A program made the position numbers and the translations under genes. From Torpedo marmorata (lineage: Eukaryota), in NCBI GenBank assembly GCA_977017645.1, contig OZ360227.1, forward strand, positions 55,924,001-55,988,000: a DNA stretch of 64,000 nt, given 5' to 3'. Positions 23,670 to 36,694 of this stretch are shown piece by piece; within the stretch, counting starts at the first letter, position 1, and each line of letters opens with the position of its first letter. Below the pieces are notes generated by a model. It was not told where the DNA came from. It made no database searches and saw only the letters and a program-made list of their open reading frames with translations.

Positions 23670-24060
23670 AAACCCCGCCTTCCATAGTCTTTTTAAGCCA
23701 ATCACCAGCCAGTGTGGGGACGCTCCACCCATTCACAACTTGAGACTCAAAGAAAATAATACAAAGCTCCACCCATTTCAGGGCGACCAATCACGCACCC
23801 AAGCGCTTCCCAGTGATCCCGCCCACTTCAGCATGAACCAATCAAATACCCAAACAAATAAAAGCCCACTTATTATGTTATCAACCAATCAATAAAAGCA
23901 AGGAGAATGACTGTGTGAAAAGTTGCACCATTTTATTTGAAGAGGAATTCATGGTAGTAGTACACAAAATCCTCCTGGATTGGGCCAATCTCCTTTTAGG
24001 ATACCGTTTAATTGCAAAGTAACTTTGGTGTCAGAGTTAAGGCGTAAGAGATTGGATTGT
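23670..24060 (-). promoter_or_regulatory. Probable fzd5 promoter with clustered CCAAT boxes and GC boxes
   Basis: CCAAT at 23698, 23787, 23838, 23885, 23985; ATTGG at 23979 and 24051; GC boxes ccccgcc (about 23673) and cccgccc (about 23818). Repeat-free, directly upstream of the inferred first exon. Confidence 0.65.
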
Positions 24061-25960
24061 ATCTGTCACGTGCGTTTGGCACTCGTACAGGTTTTTTAAG
24101 TACGATGTCTGGAAACTTTGAAACTCTAAACCGGACATCAGTAGTCTGGTTTTTAAATAGAAGTCTGTGTCTTTTCCCTTCACCAACCTTGCAGGGCAAC
24201 TGGTTGTTCAAAGTTATTCTGGTCTGCAATGAATTTTTCATTATTAGCAAAGCAAACATCAGTTATCAGCGCATAAGTCATGGCTCTCTCAACAGATTCA
24301 GAGCAGCTATTTTTGGCAATCTTTGAACCTTTGAGTAAACTGCTCGTAAATTCTAGTTATCTTTTGTTTTAGATTAAAACATTCCGTCGGGGCAGATGGA
24401 GATGGTTCTGCTGTAATAAAGGAAAGCTCTTCCTTGGAACATTGAACCTCTCACACATGAAACACCTACATTTGCACCTTTAACAAAGTAAAGAAAAAAA
24501 ACGTTTGAATGAGTGACGTCTTTTGGGACGTCAGGGAGCAGTTTAAAACCGTGAAGTAATCTTGAACAATGAGTTTGTGTGGTCTTCAAGTAGGTGCCTA
24601 ATCGGAGAAGATCCACTTCCATTACGGGCACGGAACTCTCCTCCACTGTGTTAGACGCTGCCTGAGGAAGGCAGCCAAAGTCATCGGACCCCCCATCACC
24701 CTGGTCACAACTTTTCTCACTGCTCCCTTCAGGAAGTCCGATTTCCGGCACCTCAAGGTTCAATAATCGGTTTTAACCAACAGCTCTGAGGTTCCTGAAC
24801 CTCCCCGTACTATCGTAACCATCACCATAAACGACTCCACAGACCAGAACCATCAAAACCTGCACGCCTGAAACGTCTTGCACCGACTGCAACGTGTATA
24901 TTTATTTATATTTTTATATATTTATTATCTCTTCTCTTTTTCTGTCTTGGCATATTGTGCTAATTTAATTTGTAGTATTAAAATTATGTTCCTGTTTGTT
25001 TGTAGTAAGCACTAATTTCGGTGCATCTGCATATTGTTCATTTTATTTATTTCAGACTTATTGTCAGAGTACATACATGACACATCACATATAACCCTGA
25101 GATTCTTTTTCCCGCGGGCGAGGCAGAATTACCACTTATTGGTAGTGCATGTAAACAAATAAAGAAATGTGAACAATCTGCAATACAGAAAGAGAAAAAA
25201 TCAATAAAGTGCAAAAGTAAGAATCCTTAAATAAGTCCCAGATTGAGTTTGTTGTCGAGGAGTCTGATGGTGGAGGGGAGTAGTTGTTCTTGAACCTGGT
25301 GGTGCGAGTCTTGCCTCTTTCCTAATTGTACTAATGTGTCTGACAATAACCTCTCATCTCATCTCAGGATTTGACAACGGGCTGAAGGAGAGACTGGACA
25401 GTCTAGCACTTTCCATGGGACAGAGGAGGCTGAGGGATGACCCCCTCCCAATGAAACCAGGAGGGGCAGAGATAAGGTGAATGGTTACAGTCTTTTCCCC
25501 AGGGTAGGGGAGTTTAAAACCTCCCATAGGTTTAAGGTGAGGGGGAAAGTTTTAAAAGGGACCTGGGGGACAACTTTTTTTAAACACAGAGGTTGGAGGG
25601 AAAATGCAACGAGCTGCCAGAGGGAGTAGCAGAGGTGAGGACGATCACTACATTTAAAAGACATTTGAATAGATAAATCCAACTCATCAAACCACTGTAT
25701 CACGCACCATCACTGAACTCCTCACTTCCGGTCACCTCCCTGGCACGGCCTCCAACCTTATTGTTTCCCAACCCCGTACCACCCGTTTCTACCTCCTGCC
25801 CAAGATCCACAAACCCAATTGCCCCGGCAGACCCATCGTGTCCGCGTGCTCCTGCCCCACCGAAATGGTCTCCGCTTACCTCGACTCTGTTTTGTCCCCC
25901 CTGGTCCAGTCCCTCCCCACCTACATCCGGGACATTTCACATGCCCTCCATCACTTCAAC

Positions 25961-26831
25961 TGTTACAAAATCAAACCAGCAACAACAGAAGACGCAATGC
26001 AAAAGGGGTAAAATTGAAATTTATATTTATTAAAGACAATTAAACATATAATTTCACAACAATTAACCCCACTATAAACGTCTATAAACACTATTCTTAT
26101 CTAAAAGGTGTGTGTGTGTAAAGCCCAGACCATTACAGTCTGTGCCAAACCCTCATGTAAAAATGGAAAAACTTTCCCCAAAAACCCCAGGTCAGTCATA
26201 AAAACAAGTCAGTCAAAAAAATATAATACAGTCCACAAAAATTCACTCTCTAAGTTCAGGTTCCAAATTCAGCTCTGTGTGCTGGTAGAAGGACTTTTCA
26301 ATGAACGTTGGAGAGAGACAATGACTGTTTATGCTTACGAATACTTGGCTTGTTTTTCCTTCTCTGATGACTTTCCCTTTTCGTAGAGATTCACGAGGAT
26401 TGCGACTCCAAATCAGTATACCACTGATTGAGGCGTGTGCTTGGATCTCACAGCTGGTCTCGCTGATCTCACACCTGTTCTCCACAAAAGTTGCTTTAAC
26501 TCAGGATTTCTCTGAGACAGGAGGCCATGTGCTATTCTTCCAGCCTTTTCCTCTGGGATGCACTAGCCTGAATTTTGCTGTGTTCTCTAGCCTTTGCAAC
26601 TCCAAAACTGCCTGCTTTTTGCAGAGGTTTGCACCTGCCTTTTGCAAAAGTGCAACAAAGTATCTTTTCCACAGCCTGTCTCTCTCTGGTCTCCCTCTCT
26701 CTCTCTCTCTGGGTACACCAAGTCCTGGGCAAGTTAACTCTTTCAGTACCTGGTCCCAGTGTGTACTCCAAAAGACTTCATCCTTCCTGCTGACCATCCA
26801 CAGTCCAAATGGTCAGTCATGGTCCATAACA
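25961..26831 (-). mobile_element. Solo LTR, Gmr1-like family
   Basis: TGTTA...TAACA termini with 4-bp TSD CAAC (25957-25960 and 26832-26835). Confidence 0.95.
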
Positions 26832-28574
26832 CAACAACTTCCAGTTCCCTGAACTCGATCACCTCATGTTTACCATGGATATCCAATCCCTATACACCTC
26901 CATCCCCCATACTGAAGGCCTCAAAGCCCTTAGTTTCTTTCTGGACAATAGAACCAACCAGTCCCCCTCCACCACCACACTCCTCCAGCTGGCAGAACTT
27001 GTCCTCACCCTCAATAATTTATCCTTTGACTCATCCCACTTGCTCCAGGTTAAAGGGGTAGCCATGGTTACCTGCATGGGCCCCAGCTATGCCTGCCTTT
27101 TGTTGGCTACGTGGAGCAATCCATGCTACAAGCCTACACAGGCAAGGCCCCTCAACTCTTCCTCCGCTACATCGATGACTACTTTGGTGCTGCTTCATGT
27201 AACCATGCTCGTTGACTTCATCCACTTTGCTGCCAACTTCCACCCCGACCTCAAATTCACTTGGTCCATCTCTAGCAACACTCACCCTTTCCTCGATCTC
27301 TCTGTCTCCATTTCAGGAGACAACCTCTCGACAGACATCTTCTATAAACCCACCAACTGCCACAGCTACCTCGACTACACCTCTTCCCACCCTGTCCCCT
27401 GTAAGGATTCCATTCCATTCTCTCAATTCCTCCGTCATCGTCGCATCTGCACCCAGGATGAGGACTTCCATGCCAGATCATCAGAGATGTCCTCCTTCTT
27501 CAAACAACGTGGCTTTCCCTCTACCACCATCAACTCAGGCCTCACCCACATATCCTCCATTACCGCACATCTGCCCTGGCCCCCTCCATCCCCACGCGCA
27601 ACAAGGACAGGATTCCTCTTGTCCACCGGCCTCCGCATCCAAAACATCCTCCTCTGCCATTTCTGCTACCTACTACGTGATCCCACCATTAGACACATAT
27701 TCCCCTTGTTACAAATTCAAACCAGCAACGACAGAAGACGCAATGCAAAAGGGGTAAAATTGAAATTACTATTTATTAAAACAATTAAACATATAATTTC
27801 ACAACAATTAACCCCACTATAAACGTCTATAACACTATTCTTATCTAAAAGGTGTGTGTGTAAAGCCCAGACCATTACAGTCTGTGCCCAACCCTTATGT
27901 AAAAATGGAAAAACTTTCCCCAAAAACCCCAGGTCAGTCATAAAAAACAAGTCAGTCAAAAAAAAGAATAATACAGTCCACAAAATCCACTCTCTAAGTT
28001 CAGGCTTCAAATTCAGCTGTGTCTGGTAGAAGTACTTCTGAATGAACGTTGGAGAGAGACAATGACTGTTTATGCTTACAAATACTTGTTTTCTTCTCTG
28101 ATGACGTCCCCTTCTTGTATGTTCATAAGGATTGCAAGTTCCAGAATCACACAGCTAGTCTCGCTGATCTCACGCCTGTTCTCCACAGAAGTTGCTTTTT
28201 CTCAGAATTTCTGTCTGAGACAGGAGGCCATGTGCTCTTCTGCCGGTCTTTTCTCTGACTTCACACAAGCCTGGATCTGGCTGTGTCCTGTAGCATTTGC
28301 AACTCACAACTGACTGTCTGCTTTTCCTGCAGAGATCTGCACCTGCTTTTGCAAAAGTGAAACAAATGTATCTTGTCCAGTCTGTCTCTCTCTCTCTCTG
28401 GTCTCTCTCTGTCTGGGTACACCAAGAGTGCAACAATGTATCTTGTTTGGGTACACCAAGTAGGTGGGGAAGTTAACTCTTTCAGTACCTGGCCGGCCCC
28501 AGTGTCTACTCCAAAAGACTTCATCCTTCCTGCTGACCGTCCGCAGTCCAAATGGTCAGTCATGGTCCATAACA

Positions 28575-28586
28575 CCTCCCACCCGC
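28575..28586 (-). other. Polypurine tract
   Basis: GCGGGTGGGAGG abuts the 3' LTR (GAGGGTGGGAGG in the second copy at 62139-62150). Confidence 0.75.
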
Positions 28587-28706
28587 AAAGGAAATTTTGG
28601 TCTGCAAGAACAAAATTTAGGAAAGTAATTGAGGTGTCACAATATAAACAAAATCTACAATGTTCATCCACAAATACAAAATATGAACTATTTTCATTGA
28701 TAAAGT

Positions 28707-31700
28707 TTAACATCTAGAAAGACAATCAGCAATTGCATTATCTTTCCCTTTTATATGAGTGATTACCAAATTATATTCTTGTAAAATTAGACTCCAATTC
28801 AACAACCGTCAATGCTTATTTTTCATTTTACAAAGAAAAACCAATGGATTATGGTCAGTATACACTATGAGTGGTTTTTGAGCTGTACAGATATACACAT
28901 CAAAGTGTTGTAGAGCCAACACAAGAGCCAACAACTCTTTCTCTATAGTTGAATAATTCCTTTGATGATCATTGAACTTCTTCGAAAAGTAGGATACCGG
29001 ATGGTCAATGTCCTCTTCGTTCTTCTTCTGTAACAGCACCGCACCCACAGCTTCATCGCTCGCATCCACGGCTAAAGAAAACGACTGTTCTAAATTAGGT
29101 GACTTAAGCACAGGTTGGTGGCATAACATGGCTTTCAATTTGACAAATGCTTCCTGACAACCTGTTGACCATACAAATTTTTCTTTCTTTCTAAGCAAAT
29201 TTGTGAGAGGGAGCGCAAGATCAGCAAAGTTTTTACAGAACTTGCGGTAGTAGCCAATCATTCCCAGGAAACTCCTCAGAGTTTTCTTACCAGTTGGAAC
29301 AGGGAACTCGGAAATAGCGACAACCTTTGCCTCTACTGGCGCCAACTGCCCCTGTCCTACTACATAACCCAGATATATAACAGTAGCATGTCCAAACTCA
29401 CTTTTACTTAAATTAACTGTGAGTTTTGCTTTGGACAGTCGTTCGAACAGTTGTTTTAGCTCAAAGACATGCTCTTCCCAGGTCTCACTACTTACAATTA
29501 AATCATCAATGTAAGCACCTGTGTTTTTCAACCCTTGAATCACTGAACTAATCATTCTCTGAAATGTTCCTGGAGCATTCTTCATACCAAAAGGCATAAG
29601 ATTATACTCATACAGCCCAAAAGGTGTTACGAATGCAGAAATCTCCCTAGCCCTTTTTGTCAAAGGAACAGACCAGTATCCTTTTAATAAGTCAATTTTT
29701 GTAAGAAATTTAGCCTTCCCCACCTTGTCTATACAATCGTCTATTCTAGGAATAGGATAAGCATCTGTCTTTGTTACAGCATTTACTTTCCTATAATCAG
29801 TGCAAAACCTAACCGTTCCATCAGGCTTTGGCACTAGAACACAAGGGGAACTCCAATTGGAAGTAGACTTTCAAATAATATTGTTCTTTACCATGTAGTC
29901 AATTTCCTGATCTACCAGTTTGCACTTTTCCGCATTGATTCGATAGGGATGCTGATAAGCGATGGAAATTTTCTGAGGCACATCAGGAAATAAACTTATA
30001 AATTTTAAAAATAACTGACTCATCTCTTCCTTTTCTGAAGTTTTCAGATGAGCCAACTTTGTCTCCAGATTGCGCAAAATCATGGAATTTTCTAACCTCG
30101 GGCTTATCAATTTCTGTGTCCCATGACCCTCTCTGAAACTGGTTTCATCTATCTCCTCCTTACCCTGATCAATAACCAGTACCTCTGGTAAATTTTCAGT
30201 CCCTTTTTGTGGCACCTGTTCAAAATATGGTTTAATCATATTCACATGACAGATCTGTGTGTCTCGTCTGCGATTAGGTGTTTCTGTGACATAGGTGACA
30301 TCATTAATTTTTGACTTAACTCTATAGGGTCCTGAAAATCTAGCCCTAAGAGGATTTGAATGGATGGGAAACAGAACTAATACGTTCTCACCAGGTTTAA
30401 AAGTTCTCATTTTCGCCTTTCGATCATACCAAACCTTCATTCTCTGTTGAGTGGCCTTTAAATTCTCCTTTGCCATCTCACAAGCCCTATGTAATCGATC
30501 CTTAAATTTGGAAACATAATCTAACAGATTTAAATGCCCATCACGATTAATCCACTGTTCTTTTAATAATCTTAAAGGACCTCTCACCTCATGTCCGAAA
30601 ACTAACTCAAATGGACTAAAACCAAGTGATTCTTGGACAGACCCCCTCGCTGCAAATAACAACAAATGAACCCCCTCATCCCAATCCTTTTCCTTCTCAC
30701 AACAATAGGTTCTAATCATGGTTTTCAAAGTCGAATGGAACCTCTCCAAGGCCCCTTGACTTTCTGGATGGTACGCAGAGGATACAATCTGTTTAACTCC
30801 TAGTTCATCAACCACTTGTTGGAAAATGCCTGACATGAAATTACTGCCCTGATCTGATTGAATTTCCCTTGGCAAACCTACCAAGGTGAAAAGCTTTACC
30901 ATAGCCTTTACAATTTACTTTGCTTTAATGTTTCTCAGAGGAATGGCCTCTGGAAATCTGGTGGCTGCACACATAATTGTTAACAAATATTCATTCCCCG
31001 CTTTGGTTTTGGGCAATGGGCCAACACAGTCCACAATTACTCTCGAGAAAGGCTCACTGAAAGCAGGGATAGGTTGCAAGGATGCCACCGGGGGACCCTG
31101 ATTAGGTTTACCCACCACCTGACAAGTGTGACAGGCCTGGCAAAAGCTTACAACCTCCCTTCTCAAACTGGGCCAATAAAATTGTTTCATTATCTTCCTT
31201 ATAGTTTTCTTCACCCCAAGATGACAACCTAGGGGTGTACTATGAGCCAAAGTTATTATTTCATCCCTATATACTTTAGGGATTACAACCTGCTGCACTA
31301 CTGCCCATTCTTCATTGGCAGGAACATCACGTGGTCTCCACTTTCTCATCAACACCCCATCTTTTTCATAATACCCTACTGGCACCTTTTTAATCTCCTC
31401 TTCAGAGAGAACCTTATCCCTCAACTCAACAAGATCAGGATCGTCCTTTTGCCTTGCTATTAACTCCTGTCGGGATAGTGACAAATCTGTGCCTTTAGGT
31501 GTCTTATCAGTGGATGGGTGTAACATAGGAGATTGCTCAACCTTTTCCAGGTTTTCTTGATTATCACTTACTTTTTCTTTTACTAAGTTATTTTCCACTG
31601 CCTTCTCTATAGTGACATTTTTCTTAGACATGGCCCTGGTTATGGCACATGCCGGATAAATATCAGAGTCTTTCTCTGATTTATCAATGACTGGCTTAGT

Positions 31701-33338
31701 GGTCATTCACACTGCAGGAACTACTTTACCCTTGGCCAAGTCATTGCCTAACAACAGTGAGACTCCTTCTACGGGCAACTCTGATCTCACTCCTATTATA
31801 ACTGGTCCTTCCACCAAGTCTGAGTCCAATACTATTTTGTGCAAAGGAATGGACTCTACCTCACCACCAATTCCTTTAATTAAATTTATGTCACGAGTGT
31901 CAGTAGCTTCACAAAATTCCAAGACACTATCTAACACAAGTGACTGAGCAGCTCCAGTATCTCGCAAGATTTTCACTGGAACTTGTTTTGATCCTGCCTT
32001 AACTGAAACAAAACCATCAGTCACAAAAGGTTTAAATACATCTTTAACTTTGTCAGTAAATTTATCTCCTTCCTGGGTGTTATGCATCTTCTCACTCTGA
32101 ATACAAGCATTAGGTGTTGCATCCTTTTCTCTCTTCTTTTTCAACACTGGACAGCTTGCTAGCATATGACCAGCCTTCCTACAGTAGTGGCAAATGGGAC
32201 CCGAGTTGTTTTCCCTTTTCCACTTTCCTTCAACCCTTTCCTTAACACCAATTCCAAATTTACTTTCCACTTGCTTCTGATTATCCACCGTGACCTTTTG
32301 GAAAATTCTACCTGACGTCCACTTAGGCTTGTGGGTTAAAGCATATTCATCTGCTAACTTAGCTGAATTTTGCCAAGTTTTCACCTCCTTTTCATCTAAG
32401 TATGCCTTAATATCCTCAGGAACACACCTTTTTATCTCCTCGATTATTATCAATTCTCTCAATTGATTGTAATCATTGTTTACTTCCTTAGATGTGCACC
32501 ACCTGTCAAAACACACAACCTTTTCATAGGCAAACTCTGTATAAGATTGGGTTGCTGATCTTTTTAAATTTCTAAACTTCTGTCTATAAGCCTCTGGAAC
32601 TAACTCATAAGCCTGGAGTATAGCCTTTTTCACCGTTTCATAATCAGCAGCTTGCTCCGTGGTAAGAGTAGAATAATCTTGCTGAGCTTTTCCTTTTATT
32701 ACACTTTGCAACATAAGAGACCATTGGTCTTGTGGCCATTTTAATTTCACAGCCACCTTCTCAAAATGTTGGAAGTACTTATCTATTTCTGCCTCCTCAA
32801 ATGGAGGAACCAACCTAATTTCCCTACTAGCCAAAAACCCCTCAGCAGGATGACAAATTTGATCTTGGCGCTCTTCTTGTCTCCTCTCATTTTCCAACCT
32901 CATCTTTTCCAGCATATATATCCTATTTTTCTCCTCGTTCTCATATCTCTTTTGTTCTCTGTCTATCTGCATGTCTAATCTCTTTCATTCCAATTCCAAT
33001 TCTAATTTCTTTTGTTCCCTGTCTGCCTCCAATTCTAATTTCTTTTGTTCTCTGGCTGCCTCCAATTCCAATTTCTTTAATTCCAACTGTATGTTTTCAG
33101 AAGGTTTACCCTTGTGAAACTGCTCTAACACGCTCTCCTCCAATTTTTTTTCTTTTATATAGTATTTGACAATTTTTCTCCCAATCTCTGCCTTTTTCAT
33201 AAATGGTTTTACGGAAGCAATGCCCAACTCTGTTGCTATAGCCACTAACTGTTCCTTTTTCGCCTTTTTTAAAGTATCAGTTTCAGGTGATTCCAAAAAA
33301 TGTTCTACATCCGTTGTTGCTGGTTTTTTGTTACACAC
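28707..33338 (-). pseudogene. Gag-pol polyprotein, one 1544-codon frame with five in-frame stops
   Basis: SCAN-like capsid (YELVPEAYRQKFR), knuckle CHYCRKAGHMLASC, protease LRDTGA, integrase HHCC plus DCVGP/SDQG/ERFH plus GPY, RT (FCTDYRKVN, YIDD), RNase H (VDASD, YTDHNPL). Stops at 32985, 31707, 30915, 29871 and 28809 all lie in the same frame. Confidence 0.92.
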
Positions 33339-33418
33339 ACACTAGCTTTTAATTAGCTTTACAAAAGGAATGCCTTAAACCAAACTGGGATTCCTTCAAT
33401 TACCAAGATGGATTTTGA

Positions 33419-33442
33419 TTCAAATCCTAGGACGAGCCCCCA
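33419..33442 (-). other. Primer binding site for tRNA-Pro
   Basis: TGGGGGCTCGTCCtaGGATTTGAA starts 3 nt inside the 5' LTR boundary; the complement of the tRNA-Pro 3' end is TGGGGGCTCGTCCGGGATTTGAA. Confidence 0.9.
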
Positions 33443-34717
33443 ATTTGTTACAAATTCAAACCAGCAATGACAGAAGACGCAATGCAAAAGGGGTAAAATT
33501 GAAATTACTATTTATTAAAACAATTAAACATATAATTTCACAACAATATAACCATTATAAACGTCTATAACACTATTCTTATCTAAAAGGTGTGTGTGTG
33601 TGTGTGTCAAGCCCAGACCATTACAGTCTGTGCCCAAACCCTTTTGTAAAAATGGAAAAACTTTCCCCAAAAACCCCAGGTCAGTCATAAAAAACAAGTC
33701 AGTCAAAAAAAAGAATAATACAGTCCACAAAATCCACTCTCTAAGTTCAGGCTTCAAATTCAGCTGTGTCTGGTAGAAGTACTTCTGAATGAACGTTGGA
33801 GAGAGACAATGACTGTTTATGCTTACAAATACTTGTTTTCTTCTCTGATGACGTCCCCTTCTTGTATGTTCATAAGAATTGCAAGTTCCAGATCAGTATA
33901 CCACTGCTTTAGGCGTGTGCTTGAATCTCACAGCTAGTCTCGCTGATCTCACGCCTGTTCTCCACAGAAGTTGCTTTTTCTCAGAATTTCTGTCTGAGAC
34001 AGGAGGCCATGTGCTCTTCTGCCAGTCTTTTCTCTGACTGCACACAAGCCTGGATCTGGCTGTGTCCTGTAGCCTTTGCAACTCACAACTGACTGTCTGC
34101 TTCTTGCAGAGATCTGCACCTGCTTTTGCAAAAGTGAAACAAATGTATCTTGTCCAGTCTGTCTGTCTCTCTCTGGTCTCTCTCTGTCTGGGTACACCAA
34201 GAGTGCAACAATGTATCTTGTCTGGGTACACCAAGTAGGTGGGGAAGTTAACTCTTTCAGTACCTGGCCCCAGTGTATACTCCAAAAGACTTCATCCTTC
34301 CTGCTGACCGTCCGCATTCTAAATGGTCAGTCATGGTCCATAACACCCTCTCCGCCTTCCGCAGGGACCGCTCCCTCGTGACTCCCTTGTCCACTCCTCC
34401 CTCCCCACCAATCGTCCCCTTGCCACCTACCCCTGTGACCGCAGGAGATGCTCCACTTACGTCCATACTTCCTCAGCATCATTCGGGGCCCCAAACAGTC
34501 CTTCCAAGTGAAGCAACATTTCACTTGTGAATCTGCAGGGGTCATCTACTGCATCCGGTGCTCCCGCTGTGGTCTCCTCTACATCAGAGAGACTGGACGC
34601 AGACTGGGAGATCGCTTCGCTGAGCACCTCGGCTCTGTCCGCCACAATAGCGTGGATCTCCCAGTGTCCGCCATTTCAATTACCCATCCCATTCCCTTGC
34701 TGATACGTCTGTTCATG

Positions 34718-34766
34718 ACCGAATTTCATGACTTGTTCATGACAATAAATTCTGATTCTGATTCTG
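34718..34766 (+). mobile_element. 49-bp Rex1-type tail-only insertion
   Basis: accgaatttcatgacttgttcatgacaataaattctgattctgattctg matches the end of the LINE at 46750-46792; flanked by atg/atg. Confidence 0.85.
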
Positions 34767-35699
34767 ATGGTCTCATGTTCTGCCAGACTGAGACCACCCG
34801 TAAATTGGAGGAACAACACCTCATCTTCCGGCTGGGCACCGTCAAACCGGATGGCATTAATATCGACTTCTCTGGCTTTCGTTAAACCTCCCCCCCCCAC
34901 CCACTTCTTCGCTCGTCGCCTTCCCCAGCCTGTCTCTCCATTCCGTCTCCTTTCGCACAGACATGATAAATTCTACCTAGTCCCTTATCACATCCAATTA
35001 ACATCTTTTTTGGTCTGGATTCCTCCCCCATTGTTTGAATTCTGAGACTTTCTGAGATTTCCTGCTTCTGGCTCATTCTGCTTATTCCTTGAAGTAGGGC
35101 TCAGGCCCGAAATGTCAGCAGTATATCTTTGTCTCCTACAGACACTGAAAAACCGGCTGAGTTCCTCCAGCATTTCAGTGTGTTTTTACTACAATCACAG
35201 CATCTGCAGACTTTCGTGTTTCACTCTGGATAGATAAATAGTTCAGGAAGATCATAGAGTCGTAGACTTGCCCACACTGACCAAAATGTCTCATCTGCCT
35301 GTGTTTAGCCAATATTTCTCCCATCCTATCCATGTTTCTGTCCAATATTTTTTCTTAAACGCTCCAATAGTACCTGCCTCAACCACCTCCTCCGGCAGCC
35401 TATTGCATACACCTGTACATTGTACTGACGTGTATGACAAGAAACTCTCATACTTTTCACACAAGAGAACACATTCAATTCACAAGCCTGACTGCTGGAT
35501 ATCTGTCACGTAAGTCCTCTATTTATGTACAGTATGTATTATTTAATATAAATACTGTATGATAGGAGAGACTGTGATGTCTCTAGCTTAAGCCACTTAC
35601 CATCCAATAAAGCTCTACATAACACAAGGAACAGCATCTCATCTTTAATCCAACCATTCACAAACTTCCCACCTGATCATGTGACTGAACAACTTCAAA

Positions 35700-35915
35700 C
35701 CAAGCAAACAACATCCTGCCGGAGAAACTCAGCAGGTCAGGCAGCTTCCATGGGTGGAAATGGTCAGTCAATGCTTCAGGTCGGGACCCAACCTCGATAA
35801 AGAGTCCCGACCCCAAAACGTTGACTGACCATTCCTACCCACGATGCTGCCCGGCCCACTGAGTCTCTCCAGCAGCTCATCGTTCACTCTGGATTCCAGT
35901 GTCTGCAGCTTTTGT
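35700..35915. mobile_element. Palindromic mini-element of inverted Penelope terminal repeats
   Basis: Arms 35721-35789 and 35801-35870 are imperfect reverse complements around an 11-nt centre. Confidence 0.7.
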
Positions 35916-36694
35916 GTTTCTCCTCCAGCAGTTTGTGCTTTGCTCCAAGTCCCACCATCTCCAATTTCAGATAGATCCTGCGAATGCCCTTTACACCTCT
36001 TTGAGATCAATCCTTTCTTCTCTTGTTCCATTATCGTCCTTGTAAGCTGTATTCCTCTTGTTGTTTACTATCTCTTGCTCTCTATCCCATCACAGACTGT
36101 TCCTCCCTTCTTCCCTTTTCAAATTAAAACTAGTTTTATTTAATGATGGCGACAGTCTCTCCAGAGATGCTGCCTAATCTATATTATCTTTCTTTATTTT
36201 AGATTTCTAATATTAAAACAGATTACTGGGTCCCAAGTTACTTTTATTCATTGGGATTGCAAACCCACTGCTGAATTGGCTGTTAGGTATGGTGGGTAGT
36301 TGTAAAAAAATGCTTTATACATTTATTAATTATTTAAAAATATAATTCTCTGTTAACAATTTTGAATATCCTATTGTGAAGAAAATATAGACATTAAAAC
36401 CCCATTAGCAGACACATCAAACCAGGAGACAGTTAAAAATCCAAATATGCATATGGCATTAGACAGCATTAAAAGCACTTCTGTCACCTACACAGGCTTG
36501 CTCTCCCCCACTACAGACGTTCTCTCTGTTCCCTTCACTCATCCCTCTCTCTGCAATTTAAAACATCCATGTTCTCTGACATCTGATGGAGAGTGCAGAT
36601 ACTGAAATCCTGAACAAAAAGCAAACTGTTGAGTTGACCAATAGACCAGGCAAAAACTGCAGAGAGAAATGGACAATGAACATTTCAAAGTGAA

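Larger units (their letters stand above)
27707..34345 (-). mobile_element. Full-length Gmr1-like Ty3/gypsy LTR retrotransposon
   Basis: LTRs at 27707-28574 and 33446-34345, TSD CCCT, PBS, PPT, and internal gag-PR-INT-RT-RH. Confidence 0.95.
25690..35225 (+). mobile_element. Penelope-like element split by two LTR insertions and a Rex tail
   Basis: RT (RPIVS, FTMDIQSLYTSIPH, GVAM.TCMGPSYA, LRYIDD) at 25690-25960 and 26832-27706; GIY-YIG at 34346-34885; terminal repeat with hammerhead-like motif at 35083-35123. Closely similar to 10350-11662. Confidence 0.9.

Noticed and set aside
23787-23860. ER-stress element (CCAAT-N9-CCACG)
   Set aside because: No CCACG at the required spacing after the boxes checked.
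26108-26852. Recurrent short ORFs such as MEYTLGPGTERVN in every LTR
   Set aside because: Translations of repeated non-coding LTR sequence, with frames broken by microsatellite indels.
27707-34345. Copia classification or programmed readthrough
   Set aside because: RT, RH and INT motifs are gypsy-type; the stops fall mid-domain and two are sense codons in the second copy.
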